64,000 nucleotides of DNA, taken from positions 434,001 through 498,000 of the forward strand of contig AP039693.1 in the NCBI GenBank assembly GCA_051599415.1. Direction: 5' to 3'. The translations under genes were made by a program, and so were the position numbers. Below are positions 33,829-45,600 of the stretch, one piece after another. This DNA comes from Savitreella phatthalungensis (lineage: Eukaryota). Within the stretch, counting starts at the first letter, position 1. The number at the start of each line of letters is the position of its first letter. The notes beneath the pieces are model-generated. The model did not search any database and was not told the origin of the DNA. It worked only from the letters and a program-made list of their open reading frames with translations.

Positions 33829-35328
33829 ATGTCAACGTCGCACGTCGTCGTATACTATAACGCTAGAGGGTACAAAGTATCATGTACGCCGTCAAAATCC
33901 ATTTATGACATCCTCAAGGAGTCTACAGAGCGAGCAGGAGTCTCATCAGACAACTTCGGTCTACGTGTACAAGGCGCAAAGTCTCCATTAGATTTGTCAC
34001 TCACCTACAGGCTCGCTCACTTACCGCCTGGCGCAAAGCTTGATCTCATACAGATACAGGACACAGGCTCGATAGTCAATGTCGCGCTTGATGTTGCAGG
34101 TGTGCAGGGTCGCAAAACGGCCAAGTTTCCAGCAAGTACGACCGTATGGGACATACTCGGCGCGTTCGACTCTCCTGACGTGTCGCTACTCAACAGAATG
34201 TACCATGCAAAGAAAAAGGGATTGGGAAAAGGCCCACTGATGCGTGAGCAGCCTGTTGTTCTGCTTCTCAATCGAGAGCTTGTCACGGACGAGCAACTGC
34301 AGACGACAACGCTTGCCTCTCTCGGCGTAAGACAGGGCTCCGTCGCTATCAAAGTGTCCTTCAAGCAGGCCCAGCCTGGCGCACAGACAGGCTCACCCAC
34401 AATATCCTCACAGGCTGCACCGCCGCTTGCACGATTGGTCGAAGCACCACCAACACAAGCACCAGCCGCACCGGTGCCCGCAGCAAAAGTTCCTCCTGCC
34501 GAATCTACAGGACCAGTTCCTCCTGCCGAATCTGTAGCATCGAACAGCCCTTCTTCGGCACCGTCCGCCATGTTATCAGCTGCTGAGAATCCTTCTGCGG
34601 CCACGACGGAGCTCGTGCGCGATATTCAGGTGGTAGTGCCTGGCTCTAGCGCCTCGGCAGTCACTCGCAATGCATCTGACGATGAGCCTCGTGGAATGTC
34701 GGTCGATCAAGCAAAGGCGTACCACGCGTCGTTGCGACAGGCATCACGCGGCACCGTTCGTGCGAACGGCGAGCTTCTCGATTCCGAAGCACCCCTGATG
34801 ACAGCTGCCCAACGTGACGCAGCCCTTCAAAAACGCAGAGATGCTCGAAAGCCGCAAGCCTGTCGGATCAAGTTCAGATTCCCTGACGGCGTCCAGGCTT
34901 CAGGCACATTCTCACCAGACGAGCCAGCCACCGCACTCTACACATTCTGCACGCAGCTCCTGGTCGATGGGAGCGCGACAGCGACCAGCTTTGAGCTGCG
35001 TATGCCTGGCAACAGCATCGCCGGCGTTCCGAAAAGCGCGATGAAGGGTTCTGCTGCTGATATCGGCATTCCCAACGACCCCACCAAGCTCCTGTGGAAG
35101 CACCTCGACCTTGCCAGCGCTACGCTCCTTCAGGTCATCCCCGTCCCACGCGACCTCAAGCTGCGTGTGAAGGACGAGTACCGCGCATCCGCCTCCGTTG
35201 CAGCACCAACACAACAGACTTCGGAACCTGCACAAATGAGCGAAACATCACACGAGAAGCCGAGTGTCGGTGACAAACTCGCAAAGAAGACGCCAAAATG
35301 GTTGAAGAAAACGCTCGGGAAGAAGTAA
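33829..35328 (+). CDS. UBX4: UBX domain Cdc48 adaptor (Ubx4/TUG/ASPL)
   Basis: N-terminal TUG-UBL (LDLSLTYRLAHLPPGAKLDL), UBX RIKFRFPDG, and C-terminal PKWLK. Confidence 0.88.
   Translation: MSTSHVVVYYNARGYKVSCTPSKSIYDILKESTERAGVSSDNFGLRVQGAKSPLDLSLTYRLAHLPPGAKLDLIQIQDTGSIVNVALDVAGVQGRKTAKFPASTTVWDILGAFDSPDVSLLNRMYHAKKKGLGKGPLMREQPVVLLLNRELVTDEQLQTTTLASLGVRQGSVAIKVSFKQAQPGAQTGSPTISSQAAPPLARLVEAPPTQAPAAPVPAAKVPPAESTGPVPPAESVASNSPSSAPSAMLSAAENPSAATTELVRDIQVVVPGSSASAVTRNASDDEPRGMSVDQAKAYHASLRQASRGTVRANGELLDSEAPLMTAAQRDAALQKRRDARKPQACRIKFRFPDGVQASGTFSPDEPATALYTFCTQLLVDGSATATSFELRMPGNSIAGVPKSAMKGSAADIGIPNDPTKLLWKHLDLASATLLQVIPVPRDLKLRVKDEYRASASVAAPTQQTSEPAQMSETSHEKPSVGDKLAKKTPKWLKKTLGKK
34488..34533 (+). 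repeat. Perfect 19-nt direct repeat (period 27) within UBX4, encoding VPPAES twice
   Basis: AGTTCCTCCTGCCGAATCT at 34488-34506 and 34515-34533. Confidence 0.9.
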
Positions 35329-35405
35329 AAGACACGATTCATCATTGGGACGATCTGCCGTACGAGATGTATGATATGATATATGATATGGTATGAATTT
35401 CATGA

Positions 35406-36572
35406 CTATAGAAGCGTCCACGATCCGGCGGCGACAGCCACTGCCGCTGCTCCGACACCCAGCAGCACCTGGCTGCCGAGTGCAGAGTTGTCGTGAGCGA
35501 AGGACGATGCGCCTGCAGTGGCAATCACTCTGAGCGTGGACGACGATGCAGCTGCACCAGAAGCCGAGACCCTCCCGCTAGCACTCGCGCTGCCAGACGC
35601 CTTGACCGTCGGAATCCCAGAACCAACGGCCGACTGCGATGCGAGCGCATTCGCTGCACCAACGCCAGCTCCAGAGATCCCTGCAGTTGTGACCACACCC
35701 GTCGCCGACGCAGCTGACGTCGCGAACGATCTCGTGCCCGAGGCCGTCGTCGTCGTACCGCTCGATGCAGCGTTGGATGCGGCACCAGCAGATGACACGA
35801 CGACAGTCTGACCGTTGTCAGCATAGCTGTACGAGCCCGCGGGCGTGTACGGGTTGACGGTGAGCGACCTGAGTGTCATGCTGTACGGTCCCTTGGAGTA
35901 ATCGATCGGACCGCCTCCCCACTGGATCGTGCCTGCCGGGTTTGTCGGGTCCCCGCTCGCCCAGACACCGATCCTGATCTGGGATGGTGTGGAAGGATAG
36001 CCGTAGTTGGATGCGACGTCTGCCTTGTTGAGTGTCCTGACTGTGGTTCCGTCGATGATCCAGCGGAGGGTGGTGGGTGTCCAGTCGAGCTCGTAGGTGT
36101 GGTATCCTCCCTGCGGGTCTGACACTGGAGAGATCCCGCCACGGTCGTAGTTCGCAGTCTCACCGCGCCAGAAGTAGTTCGTCTGGACCTGCGTGTCATA
36201 CGCGCCAAGCCACTCCCAATCAATCTCGTCCTGCACATCCGACATCGTGATGAACGCAGATACCATGCCCACGCCAGGCGCAGTCTTGATCGACGCCTGG
36301 ATGTTACCGTATAGCACGTACGCCGTCGTCAGGAGTGTGGGTGCGTCACCTTGCTGTGCGAGCGAGAATACTACGCCGGACCCATCTGACGCAGCACTGA
36401 CGCGGTCAGGGAATTGGTAGTAGTAGTCTCCAGTTGTGTTGCTCGGAGTCAGGTTGTACGACTTCTTGCCAGTCAGTCCTGGCACAGGCGAGCAGGATCC
36501 TTTTCTCGGGTCACATGCAGCTGCCATCGAAATCGCAGCAGCCAGAGTTGCTGTCAGTGATCGGACGAACAT
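35406..36572 (-). CDS. GPI-anchored GH16 chitin transglycosylase (Crh1 family)
   Basis: Signal peptide, DEIDWEW catalytic motif, Ser/Ala/Thr-rich linker and hydrophobic C-terminus. Confidence 0.93.
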   Translation of the reverse strand: MFVRSLTATLAAAISMAAACDPRKGSCSPVPGLTGKKSYNLTPSNTTGDYYYQFPDRVSAASDGSGVVFSLAQQGDAPTLLTTAYVLYGNIQASIKTAPGVGMVSAFITMSDVQDEIDWEWLGAYDTQVQTNYFWRGETANYDRGGISPVSDPQGGYHTYELDWTPTTLRWIIDGTTVRTLNKADVASNYGYPSTPSQIRIGVWASGDPTNPAGTIQWGGGPIDYSKGPYSMTLRSLTVNPYTPAGSYSYADNGQTVVVSSAGAASNAASSGTTTTASGTRSFATSAASATGVVTTAGISGAGVGAANALASQSAVGSGIPTVKASGSASASGRVSASGAAASSSTLRVIATAGASSFAHDNSALGSQVLLGVGAAAVAVAAGSWTLL

Positions 36573-37246
36573 CTTCTCTTAAAGAAACCGCAGAGAGATG
36601 CCAAGTATAAGAGACGTATATGGGTTGAACGAGCCTGCTCGCGTGTGTGTATTGGTGGATGTGTCTATATCTCTGTGTCGATTGCAGAAGACAAAGCGAG
36701 GTTGAGCAGTGTACAAGTCCGTGCCAGACGTGACTTTAATAGATACTCCTTTTGGTCTATAGATGAAGTGTTTGTGGTGTCGTGGTGTCGTGATGAAAGG
36801 ACTCTTTGAACAGAGAACTTCGTGTAGGAGTTTGTGTGTTGAACGTCTTGTCCGTGCGAGGTGGTGGGTGTTGTCAGCTTTGCAATGTTACCATTTTAGG
36901 CTGGACGCCTCCTTTCCACGCGTGCCGGAAATTAGCCAATCATCAAGCTTTATTTCTTCTTGGCACCTGTCAATGGCAATCTATTTGTGACTTTGATCTG
37001 ACCTACTTTAGATTAGGTTTCAGCCCCTTGGAATGCTCACGATGCTCCTATTTTTAGATCTCTGGACTTCTCTTTCCCTTGCTTGCTCATTCTCTGTCTG
37101 TCTGGACGAAGATCACCTCGGACATAGATCGGGTCACGGCTGAAGCTCATACGCTGCATGCCATCAATCTCTCAATTGCATCTCTTTTCGACCATGAGTC
37201 ATGTTCAAATGACTCCGCACAAAGTCTTAGGCAGCATTCGAGGAGA

Positions 37247-38248
37247 TTATCTCGCAGCAGTGTGCTCTTTAATGAAGTCTGCGACAGTACCGACGTACAA
37301 AGGTCCTTGCACAGGCAGAGATGACGTCGCGTATCCGTGAAAACCACCCGAGACGATATCAATCTTGGCCCTGTTGCCAGCGGCGAGCCACCTAGCGTGC
37401 ATGAATAGCGTGTCGTCGAGAAGCAAATCCCTGGTACCGCACTGGAACAGCGCCGGCGGGAGATTCTTGAGGTCTGCGTAGAGTGGAGAGATCTGCGGGT
37501 GTTTGAACTCGTCGTCTGTGGATTTGTCAGGCAGATACGCTTGCCGGAACTTGAGCATGTCGGTGTACTCTAGCACGAGCGGGACTTTGCAAGCGCGCAC
37601 GCTCGGTGTGAAGGACAAGTCGAAGACACCGTACGTAAGCACGGCTCCCTTCAGCACGTCCGGCTTGCCGGTGTCCCGCAGATGCAAGGCAGTCAGCGCA
37701 GCTAGATGTCCTCCAGCCGATTCACCCCCAACGAACAAGTTCCGCTGGGCATCCTGATCGACCTCAAACACCGCGAGCGCGCTCTCACTTGCCATGTACA
37801 CCGCAGCATCGAAGCAGTCGTGCTCGGCTGCAGGACTTGCGTGTTCCGGTGCCAGCCGGTACTCGACTGTGGCGACAAGGAATCCCGTGGCGGTTGCAAT
37901 GTCGAGCAGGAGACCGTCATGTGCGTCTGCCGAACCTAGTACCCAACCGCCTCCGTGGATGTGGATGTAGATGCCCTTGGGTTGTGCGGTGCTTGGTGGC
38001 CTGAGGACTCTGACTGTGATTGAGCGGTGTGGGTCTCGCGATGGGATCTCGACGTTGTACGCTTGAGGGAGAACCTTCTTCGCTGGCCAGTTGGTCAATC
38101 CAGCCTCACGACGACGGCGGTACTCAGGTGCACCCACATGGTACCACCGCTGCGACGTCGCCTTCTCCTGCTCACACATCGCTAGCACCTTCTCACTCAC
38201 CACTCGGAACTCCTCCGAGCCCGCATCGGTGAACCGTGAAGAGTCCAT
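37247..38248 (-). CDS. HSL-family alpha/beta hydrolase (esterase/lipase)
   Basis: HGGG, YRLAPEH, GESAGG, D and H of the triad (DLLLDD, GFHG). First ATG at 38248; the track start is a GTG. Confidence 0.92.
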   Translation of the reverse strand: MDSSRFTDAGSEEFRVVSEKVLAMCEQEKATSQRWYHVGAPEYRRRREAGLTNWPAKKVLPQAYNVEIPSRDPHRSITVRVLRPPSTAQPKGIYIHIHGGGWVLGSADAHDGLLLDIATATGFLVATVEYRLAPEHASPAAEHDCFDAAVYMASESALAVFEVDQDAQRNLFVGGESAGGHLAALTALHLRDTGKPDVLKGAVLTYGVFDLSFTPSVRACKVPLVLEYTDMLKFRQAYLPDKSTDDEFKHPQISPLYADLKNLPPALFQCGTRDLLLDDTLFMHARWLAAGNRAKIDIVSGGFHGYATSSLPVQGPLYVGTVADFIKEHTAAR

Positions 38249-38462
38249 CAAGGGCTGTAATGGTCGAGATGTGCGTGGGGGCAAGCCGTGTTTATATGTG
38301 TGGGGAAATGGTCGCACATCATGCACGGCTTTCGGAATTTGAGTTTACGGTAAATTAATGGAGATTGATTTATGTGCACGGATGCCCATGAAACAATGAT
38401 TTGTAAAGGATCCATGGATGTGTACATGAACATATATGCCTGTTACTGATACATAGATGAGG

Positions 38463-41378
38463 TCAGATGCGCTCGTAGAAGACCAGATAAGCTCGACACT
38501 TGCTGACTTCCTCCCAGGTGGCTGGCCTGACCGTGGTGTCTGAAGCGAAGAGCCAGCGCCTGGTCTGACTACCTTTGCCACCGGGCAGGAGGTCTGTTTC
38601 TTGGGAGGTGGTAGATCCTCTCGCTGGCAAGACTTTGTGAGAGAAGAAGTAGGCGACATAGTGGCCTGAGTGAATGGAGCCAATGTGGACGATGCAGCCA
38701 ATGCATCTGTACATTATCTCGCGAGGATGGCCGCTATCGTCTGTCAAGGTGATCCCGTCAGTGCGAATGTCGGCTGGCATGAGGTATGGCGCCATGTCTA
38801 GCTCTCGCTCGAAGCGGACGTGCGTGTCGACTTTCTTCAAGCTCGAGTACATTGACTTGCCCGATTGCTGGAATCGCTTGAGATGGAGAACGAGGACCTT
38901 GGGCAGGTCAGCGACTAGGAATCTCTTATACGCTTTCCGGAGGATGTATTTGGGAGCAGGCTTGTCTTCACCTCCTGAGGCGCCACCTGCTGTGCTTCCA
39001 GCTGCCCCATCATCATCTGTTCCGATAGCCGTGGCTTCACTGCCCTTGTCGAGATCCATGTAGGATGAGCGTTGTGAGAGTGTAGGCCGGACTGCGGAGA
39101 GGGCGGGTGATAACGGCCCGTTGCTCGCGGCGTCGGACATTGGATCGCTCACGTTCGACATGGCTGCGATTGAACCGCGCTTGCCATTTGCTGATGCGGT
39201 CGCGGCGGCCTGAGCTGCCTCTGCTGCAGCTGCGGCGACGGCGGCGTTTGCTCGCAGGGTTAGACGCTCTTGGCGATACTTCGCCAGAATCTTGGCACAC
39301 TCCTCGCACGCAAAGGCGTTTGCACCTTCGAGTACCTCAACACGGACAAAATCACGCAGACTGTCCTCGATTGACCCCTTCATCGCGTCTGTTGGCTCAA
39401 TCTCCTGCAGCATGCGCTCAATGTACGCCAGACGGTCTCTGTCTGCGACAGAAAGGCTTTCGAGTTGAGATTGCTGGATTCCTTGAAGGCTTTCTAGTGG
39501 AGCGGATGCGGCACTCTGGCCGAGGACGCTTCGAGCTCCGGCCGAACCACCTGCGAAGGCGAATGACAGCCTCTCGAGCCGCTTCTTGGCCTCCGACAGA
39601 CTGAAATTCGATCGCTTCAATTGCTTCTCTGCTGTCACATTGTCCTCTTCCTCGGAGACAGCCTCTGATAGGGAGATTGGAACTGGACCTGTACGCACGC
39701 GGGAGCGCTCGCGTGGCGAGAGGAGGCCATTTGATACGTCCGAGTCCATGCCGGTGTCTGTGGCCTGGGTTGCTGGTGTGGCTGCTGCTGAAGCTGGCGC
39801 GTTTCGACTTGGTGTTTCGTTCAGGCCTGCTAGACGAGGACTCTTGCGTGACATGGATCTGCCAAGCCGCGAGCTCGATCGAGTCAGGCTCACGCCTTCT
39901 CGCGCTCGCCGACCAAATTCATTCACGGCACTGCGGAAACTGTAGCGGCCAGTGCGCTTGCCTTCATCCTCACTTGCACCGCTTTTGCCAGCGTTGTCCC
40001 GCACGAGTGACAGACTCAGCTCACCGAACTGGTCGTACGTCGTCGAAACAGACTTGCAAACAGAACAAACAACGACAGACGCAAGTCTCCCCTCGAATAT
40101 CTCTTCAACATAACCATGTGGTCTCCAAGGGCCTCTGTCTGGCGTGTCGGCCGGGACCATCTTCGGCGGTGGCATAGCCTGCTGGTCTGTCTCAGCGGAT
40201 ATGGATGCGATGGTGTGGATACTTTGTCGGTCGTCTTGCATCGAGCTAATGGTTGTTCTCCTGGAGCGAGTCCTCCGGATGACCGGAAGTTCATCATCAG
40301 CTGAATTTGTGGTTACCGCGCCGCTTTTGCTAGCCCGGTGCTCTTCCTCTTTCAGTCCGTCGAGCAGGTAGTGGAAGAGTTCCTGAGCATCCTGCTGGGC
40401 ACCCTTTGTGAATTTCGGAGCCTGCCGATGGAGCTCGCCAAAGAGGCTGCCAGGTCTGAGGGTGTGTCTCTCGAGGGTGTTTGCGTAGACTTCGTTGAGC
40501 AGCTTGGTGAAGGAGGCCGTCAGTGGAGCTTGCGGCGCCTGTGGCCGTGAGATCTCCGTCAACTGACCTGTGCTGTTGTATGGCTCTGCCAGGATGTCAT
40601 GCAGGCTGTCGACGCACGCCATGACCTGCATGACGGAGTTGAAATAGCACGTGTTGCCGAGATTGACGAGACCAGGTGAGACCGCTTTGAAGTCCAGCTT
40701 CTCCGGCATACCGACCTCTCGCGTCTCATCAGCGACCACATTCGCGACCACCGCCTCTTCCTTCTCCAGATCGCCAGCATGCTTCTCCCAGTACTTGTTG
40801 ACCGTGACGAGGACCTCGTTTCGCCGCTTGGCGACGTCCGGCCTGACGTCGTTGTCGCACTTGTAGCACCAGGCGGCGTGGGTGTCGATGTTCCACATGA
40901 CACAGTCCTGATCTAGCTTTGCGTGGTGCGCCTGAGCGTGAGCCTTGTCGTATCGTCCGCAGTACAGGTTGCCACAGCACAAGCAAAGCCACAGCTGTGG
41001 ACCATCGTCGCTGTTGTCGCCTGACGCTGAGGTTGTGTTTCCTCGTGCGCGGTCCTTTGTGCACGTCTTGCAGACTCTGAGAGACCGTTTCTTGAGCTCT
41101 CTGATCTTTGGTGAGATTCTGCCCATGCGACATGACTTCTTCAGGTGTGGACAAGGCTTCGCTTCCTCTTCTGGGATGTCCCAAGAGAAGTCTTCTGTGG
41201 CCGTGTGTGAGGCTGAGCGTCCCTCATTCTCGTCATCCAGTTCCGGTGGGATTGTTCGACCGCGGCGTTCCTGTTCTCGCTCGAGGTCATCGGCTAGAGC
41301 AGCATCAAACGCAGCTGCGTCACGTGTATCACCTCCGCCGCCATCATCACACGACACTCTGATCTCCGGCACGGTCAT
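38463..41378 (-). CDS. Ubiquitin-specific protease with ZnF-UBP domain (USP16/45-like)
   Basis: ZnF-UBP (WLCLCCG..CGR..HA..H), GLVNLGNTCYFNS Cys box, QQDAQE, and HIGSIHSGHY His box. ATG at 41378. Confidence 0.93.
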   Translation of the reverse strand: MTVPEIRVSCDDGGGGDTRDAAAFDAALADDLEREQERRGRTIPPELDDENEGRSASHTATEDFSWDIPEEEAKPCPHLKKSCRMGRISPKIRELKKRSLRVCKTCTKDRARGNTTSASGDNSDDGPQLWLCLCCGNLYCGRYDKAHAQAHHAKLDQDCVMWNIDTHAAWCYKCDNDVRPDVAKRRNEVLVTVNKYWEKHAGDLEKEEAVVANVVADETREVGMPEKLDFKAVSPGLVNLGNTCYFNSVMQVMACVDSLHDILAEPYNSTGQLTEISRPQAPQAPLTASFTKLLNEVYANTLERHTLRPGSLFGELHRQAPKFTKGAQQDAQELFHYLLDGLKEEEHRASKSGAVTTNSADDELPVIRRTRSRRTTISSMQDDRQSIHTIASISAETDQQAMPPPKMVPADTPDRGPWRPHGYVEEIFEGRLASVVVCSVCKSVSTTYDQFGELSLSLVRDNAGKSGASEDEGKRTGRYSFRSAVNEFGRRAREGVSLTRSSSRLGRSMSRKSPRLAGLNETPSRNAPASAAATPATQATDTGMDSDVSNGLLSPRERSRVRTGPVPISLSEAVSEEEDNVTAEKQLKRSNFSLSEAKKRLERLSFAFAGGSAGARSVLGQSAASAPLESLQGIQQSQLESLSVADRDRLAYIERMLQEIEPTDAMKGSIEDSLRDFVRVEVLEGANAFACEECAKILAKYRQERLTLRANAAVAAAAAEAAQAAATASANGKRGSIAAMSNVSDPMSDAASNGPLSPALSAVRPTLSQRSSYMDLDKGSEATAIGTDDDGAAGSTAGGASGGEDKPAPKYILRKAYKRFLVADLPKVLVLHLKRFQQSGKSMYSSLKKVDTHVRFERELDMAPYLMPADIRTDGITLTDDSGHPREIMYRCIGCIVHIGSIHSGHYVAYFFSHKVLPARGSTTSQETDLLPGGKGSQTRRWLFASDTTVRPATWEEVSKCRAYLVFYERI

Positions 41379-41452
41379 CCGCTCTGTGTTATGCACACAG
41401 AGGTGGAGAGCGAAGTGGTTGACAGGATGACTTGAGGGTCACGTACAAGAAT

Positions 41453-41553
41453 GGATGACTGACTGACTGGCTGGCTGACTGACTGACTGCCTGAAAGTCT
41501 CAAGCTGTTGATGTATGTGTGGTGTGTCTATGTGTCTCTGTATGTGTGTGTGT
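41453..41553. repeat. Composite microsatellite, (GACT)n and (GT)n, in a divergent promoter
   Basis: gactgactgactggctggctgactgactgact and tgtgtgtgtgt runs. Confidence 0.7.
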
Positions 41554-41668
41554 AGATAAGGAGGTGAGTACTGTGAGTAGAAGCGTGGGGGTGGTGTACG
41601 TATAGATTGACTATGCACGTGTGGCTGCATCAGGATAATTTAATAGGCAGCTGTCAACGATCCATCAC

Positions 41669-42613
41669 ATGCATCAGCTGTACTACGGCTACATGGATGC
41701 ACATAGCATATACAGTAGATATCTGTCTGGACGCCTGAAAGCCATACATCATACAACGGGAGCTTGTGGGAGAGATGCTGGTGTGATGGATCCCCATGAT
41801 GGGTATAGAGAAGTTGATGCAGTCTCCCATGACGGTCACAGGCTTTCTGGACTTTTATGCAAGGAGGATTTCATCTCGATTGAGCATGAGACCTCTTTGA
41901 TCCGGCTGTTCAGGTCGGTTCTGCAATGGCCGATGCGGGGTGAGTCTCTTGCGTCGAGGACGCTCGACGATGCTGGGTCTCTAGGTCCGACGCGGCTGTC
42001 ACTCCACTACGGCCACCACTTTGACTACAGGACGATGGGTGTTGACGCGGAATCGTTCGTTCCGTTTCCTGACTGGTTGATCCCGCTGCTGCCGCACTCC
42101 GACACAGGCCCGCCTGATCAGGTGTGCTTGCAGTACTATCCGCCTGGCGCTGGTATTCCACCTCACTGCGACACCCACAGCATCTTTGTCAGGTTGTGTG
42201 CGTTGAGCTTGGGCGCGCCTGTGTCGATGGAGTTTCGCAGACCGCCAGCGGGTGGGTCAGGCACGGCAACGTCAAACGGAATAGTTGCGCCGGAGACGGC
42301 GGATGCACATGATGCATGGCATAAGCTCGAGATCGATCTGCTCCCGCGGGCGATGATCGAGATGACCGCAGACGCTAGATATAGGTGGCAGCATGGGATC
42401 AAGAAGCGCAAGTCCGATCACTCTTCCGAGGCGAATGACGGACGCCGGCCAAGACAAGACAGATGGTCAATCACGTACAGGTGGCTGAGGAGACCATTTC
42501 CACCGAGGTGTGAGTGTGGCGATGCGACACTGTGCGATACTGCTCAGGCAGATGCTGGAATCGAGCGAGCGTTCAGATGGAAGGAGAAGGAGACGGAGAA
42601 GACGTTATCATGA
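41669..42613 (+). CDS. Stand-alone AlkB-family 2OG-Fe(II) dioxygenase (ALKBH8-like domain)
   Basis: HYGHHFDY, YPPGAGIPPHCD (HxD), WQHGI, RWSITYR, then CECG..CD. The start could be 41669, 41693 or 41786. Confidence 0.85.
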   Translation: MHQLYYGYMDAHSIYSRYLSGRLKAIHHTTGACGRDAGVMDPHDGYREVDAVSHDGHRLSGLLCKEDFISIEHETSLIRLFRSVLQWPMRGESLASRTLDDAGSLGPTRLSLHYGHHFDYRTMGVDAESFVPFPDWLIPLLPHSDTGPPDQVCLQYYPPGAGIPPHCDTHSIFVRLCALSLGAPVSMEFRRPPAGGSGTATSNGIVAPETADAHDAWHKLEIDLLPRAMIEMTADARYRWQHGIKKRKSDHSSEANDGRRPRQDRWSITYRWLRRPFPPRCECGDATLCDTAQADAGIERAFRWKEKETEKTLS

Positions 42614-42666
42614 CACGAATATACTATGTACAGGATATGAATGATTGACGCGGAGTCAGACGGTCA

Positions 42667-45600
42667 TTATGGAAGGTGGACAAAGAAGTCGCGCTCGCCA
42701 GCGCGTGGAGAAACATGCGCCCGCTTGGCGATGGGATCGCTCAAGCTTGTTCGGATTCGTTCGGTGGTGGCAGGGCTGTGGAAGATGAGTGGAGAGGTGT
42801 CGCCATGCTGTAGACGAGCCTGCTTGACAGCGTCCCGGAGAGCGAAGAAAGGTGCTAGGCCAAGAGCAAGGCCAGGCTCTCCGATACCCTTTGACGATTG
42901 GATCGTATTCAGATTCTTCCAGTCTGCTTTCTTCAGGAAAGAGACGCGGAAGTCACGCGGAATGTCCCTCGCTGAAGGGATTTTGTACGCGCCAGGCCCT
43001 TTGGTGAACAGTTGACCATTGTGCGAAGTCCAGAGGGATTCCTCCATTGTGAACAGACCCATACCCTGGACAAATGCGCCCTCCACCTGTCCATAGTCGA
43101 TCGCTGGGTTGATCGACCGCCCAATGTCCATCTTCAGGTCTGCGCGGAATAGCTGCCAGTCCCCAGTCAGACAATCAACCTCGACCTCGGCACACCCGAC
43201 ACCCTGGGTGAAGTAGTGATACATGGGCCTGGCATCTTCCGTGTGATTGTCTGAGCCCCAGACGTAGCCAATGTCAGGAATTTTATAGAAACCATTGGCG
43301 GAAAGGTTGACTCGGGCATAGTATGCATTTTTGACCCAATCGTCGAAAGTGCCATCGGGCTGTGCGTCCTTGAAGGGTTGCAATCGCTCCATGATCTGCC
43401 GGCATGCATCCTTGATTGCGCCACCATTCAGATCACTGCCTGCACTGGCGGCAGTTGGTGATGCGTTTGCCACGGTGGCTGTCGAGGTCTCGGACACAAA
43501 CACCTTGTCGAATGGCACGTCCAATTCCTCCGCACAGACCTGGATCATCTTTGTGTGAAGACCTTGGCCCATCTCCGTGCCGCCATGAGCAAGTAGAATG
43601 TTGCCGTCCTTGTACACATGCACGAGCGCACCGGCCTGGTTGTAGTGAAGCGCTCCGAACGAGATACCGTGCAGAACTGGCACGATCGCCAGACCACGCT
43701 TCTTCCACTCGCTCTTTTCGTTGAAAGCATCGACCTGCTTCCGGCGGGCGGCGAAGTCAGACTCCTCCTGCACTTCTTCCCACATTCGACGGACGTGCCA
43801 ATCGATTAGTTTCTGCCCGTAGTGCGTCTTGTGACCTTCCTCAGCAAGATGGAGCGTGCGGAAGTCGTGAGAGGACACACCAAGCTTGTCACACACCTGC
43901 TCGAGCATGTGCTCCATCAGGAAGCTGCCCTGCGGCGCCCCGAAGCCGCGGAACGCTGTGTTCGAGTGGATGTTGGTCTTGCAGCACCGGCCGCGGACGT
44001 GGACGTTCGGGATGGAGTAACAATTAGCGATGTGCGATAGGCACCGATCCATTGTCGGGCCGGACAAGTCGAGCGACCAACCTGCGTTGTTGAACACGTC
44101 CGCATCAAAGGCGAATAATTTGCCACCTTTGATGCCGACTCGCCACTTCGACATGTACGGGTTGCGTTGTCCGGACGAGATCATGTCTGCGTCGCGGTCA
44201 AGCATGCACCGCACAGGTCGATTTACCTTGGATGCTGCTAGTGCACTTATGGCCGCTAGCTGGACAGATCGAGACTCCTTACCACCAAATCCACCGCCCA
44301 TGCGGTTTACCCTCACATTGATTCGCGATGACGGGATACCGAGAAGCTCTGCTGTGGCAAGCTGGGTGAACATGGGGTTCTGCGTTGATGTAAAGATTTC
44401 GTACTCCTCATCTCCTCGAGGATTGACGACGACAGCCTGCGTCTCCAGATAGAAGTGCTCCTGACCGCCCATGCGCGATTCGCCCTCGATAATCTCGTCA
44501 CACTGCGCAAAAGCCTCGTCCATCTCGAGACCGCATCGGATGTACTTCTGGTACGGGTGATAGCTTTCTGCGGCGATCGCCTCGTCACAGGTGAGGATTG
44601 CTGGTAAATCCTCATACTTGACTCCGACCGCCTGAGCAGCGAGTCGTGATTCGGCATACGTCGTCGCCACCACCATACCGATCGGCTGGCCGTGGCAGAA
44701 GACTTCTTCCTCGGCCAAGTATGGCTCGTCCTTGATGACGTCGCCCCACAGATTGGCTCCTGGTCGAATATCAGCTGCATTCACCCAGCTGACGACGCCT
44801 GGCATGGACAACGCCGTGGACGGGTCGACTGACAACAGCTTCGCGTGGGCTTTTGACGACCAGACCATTGTGCCGAAAAGCTGATTCTGCAGTGTTGGTA
44901 GATCATCACAATACTTCGCTTCGCCGGTAACCTGCTTCATTGCGGCAGCATGAGGCATCGGCTGGCCCACGACTTTGGCATTGACGATTGCCGGGTCGAG
45001 GTCTCGCTTGGACGTCATCCGCTCTCTGCGAATCTCTGCTACTGCATCGCTCGTCAGCTCGCCAGCAATTTTGGCTCTCACGTCTTGCCAGAATCTATAG
45101 AAGAAGCCGAGAGCGAGAGAGCGACGATAGATAGCCATGCCTCCCGGTACACCAAAAGGTAGGTCGAATTCACTCTGCAGCGTGTCCAGCGCGCCCTCCA
45201 AAGTCGCCTTGTCTGCCCACAGTTTTCCCTCCAGATACGCTTGCGTCTTCGGTGCCATAACAGTAGTCGCGGCCATACCACCATATGCAAGGGCTGTCTC
45301 CTCGACCACTCCATCTTCGGACAACTTGACACGCATACCTGCAGTGACGATGGCAATATCGTCGTCCTTGCGCTTGCTCTGTTTGAAGTTGCGGACGTAT
45401 TCATGCTCGCGCGCTGCAGGGACTTCGATGCGCGTAAGGACGGCGTCATCGGGCAAGGCTGTCTGTCGGTAGCCCGTGAAAAAATGCGTCACGGGAAGCG
45501 CCTCCTCACTACCGCCAGCTCGCCTGTAGAATAGCGTACTTCCTGTGGCCATCAGCATCGGGTTCAGATCTGAGATGGGCGACGCAGTCGCAAGCGCGCC

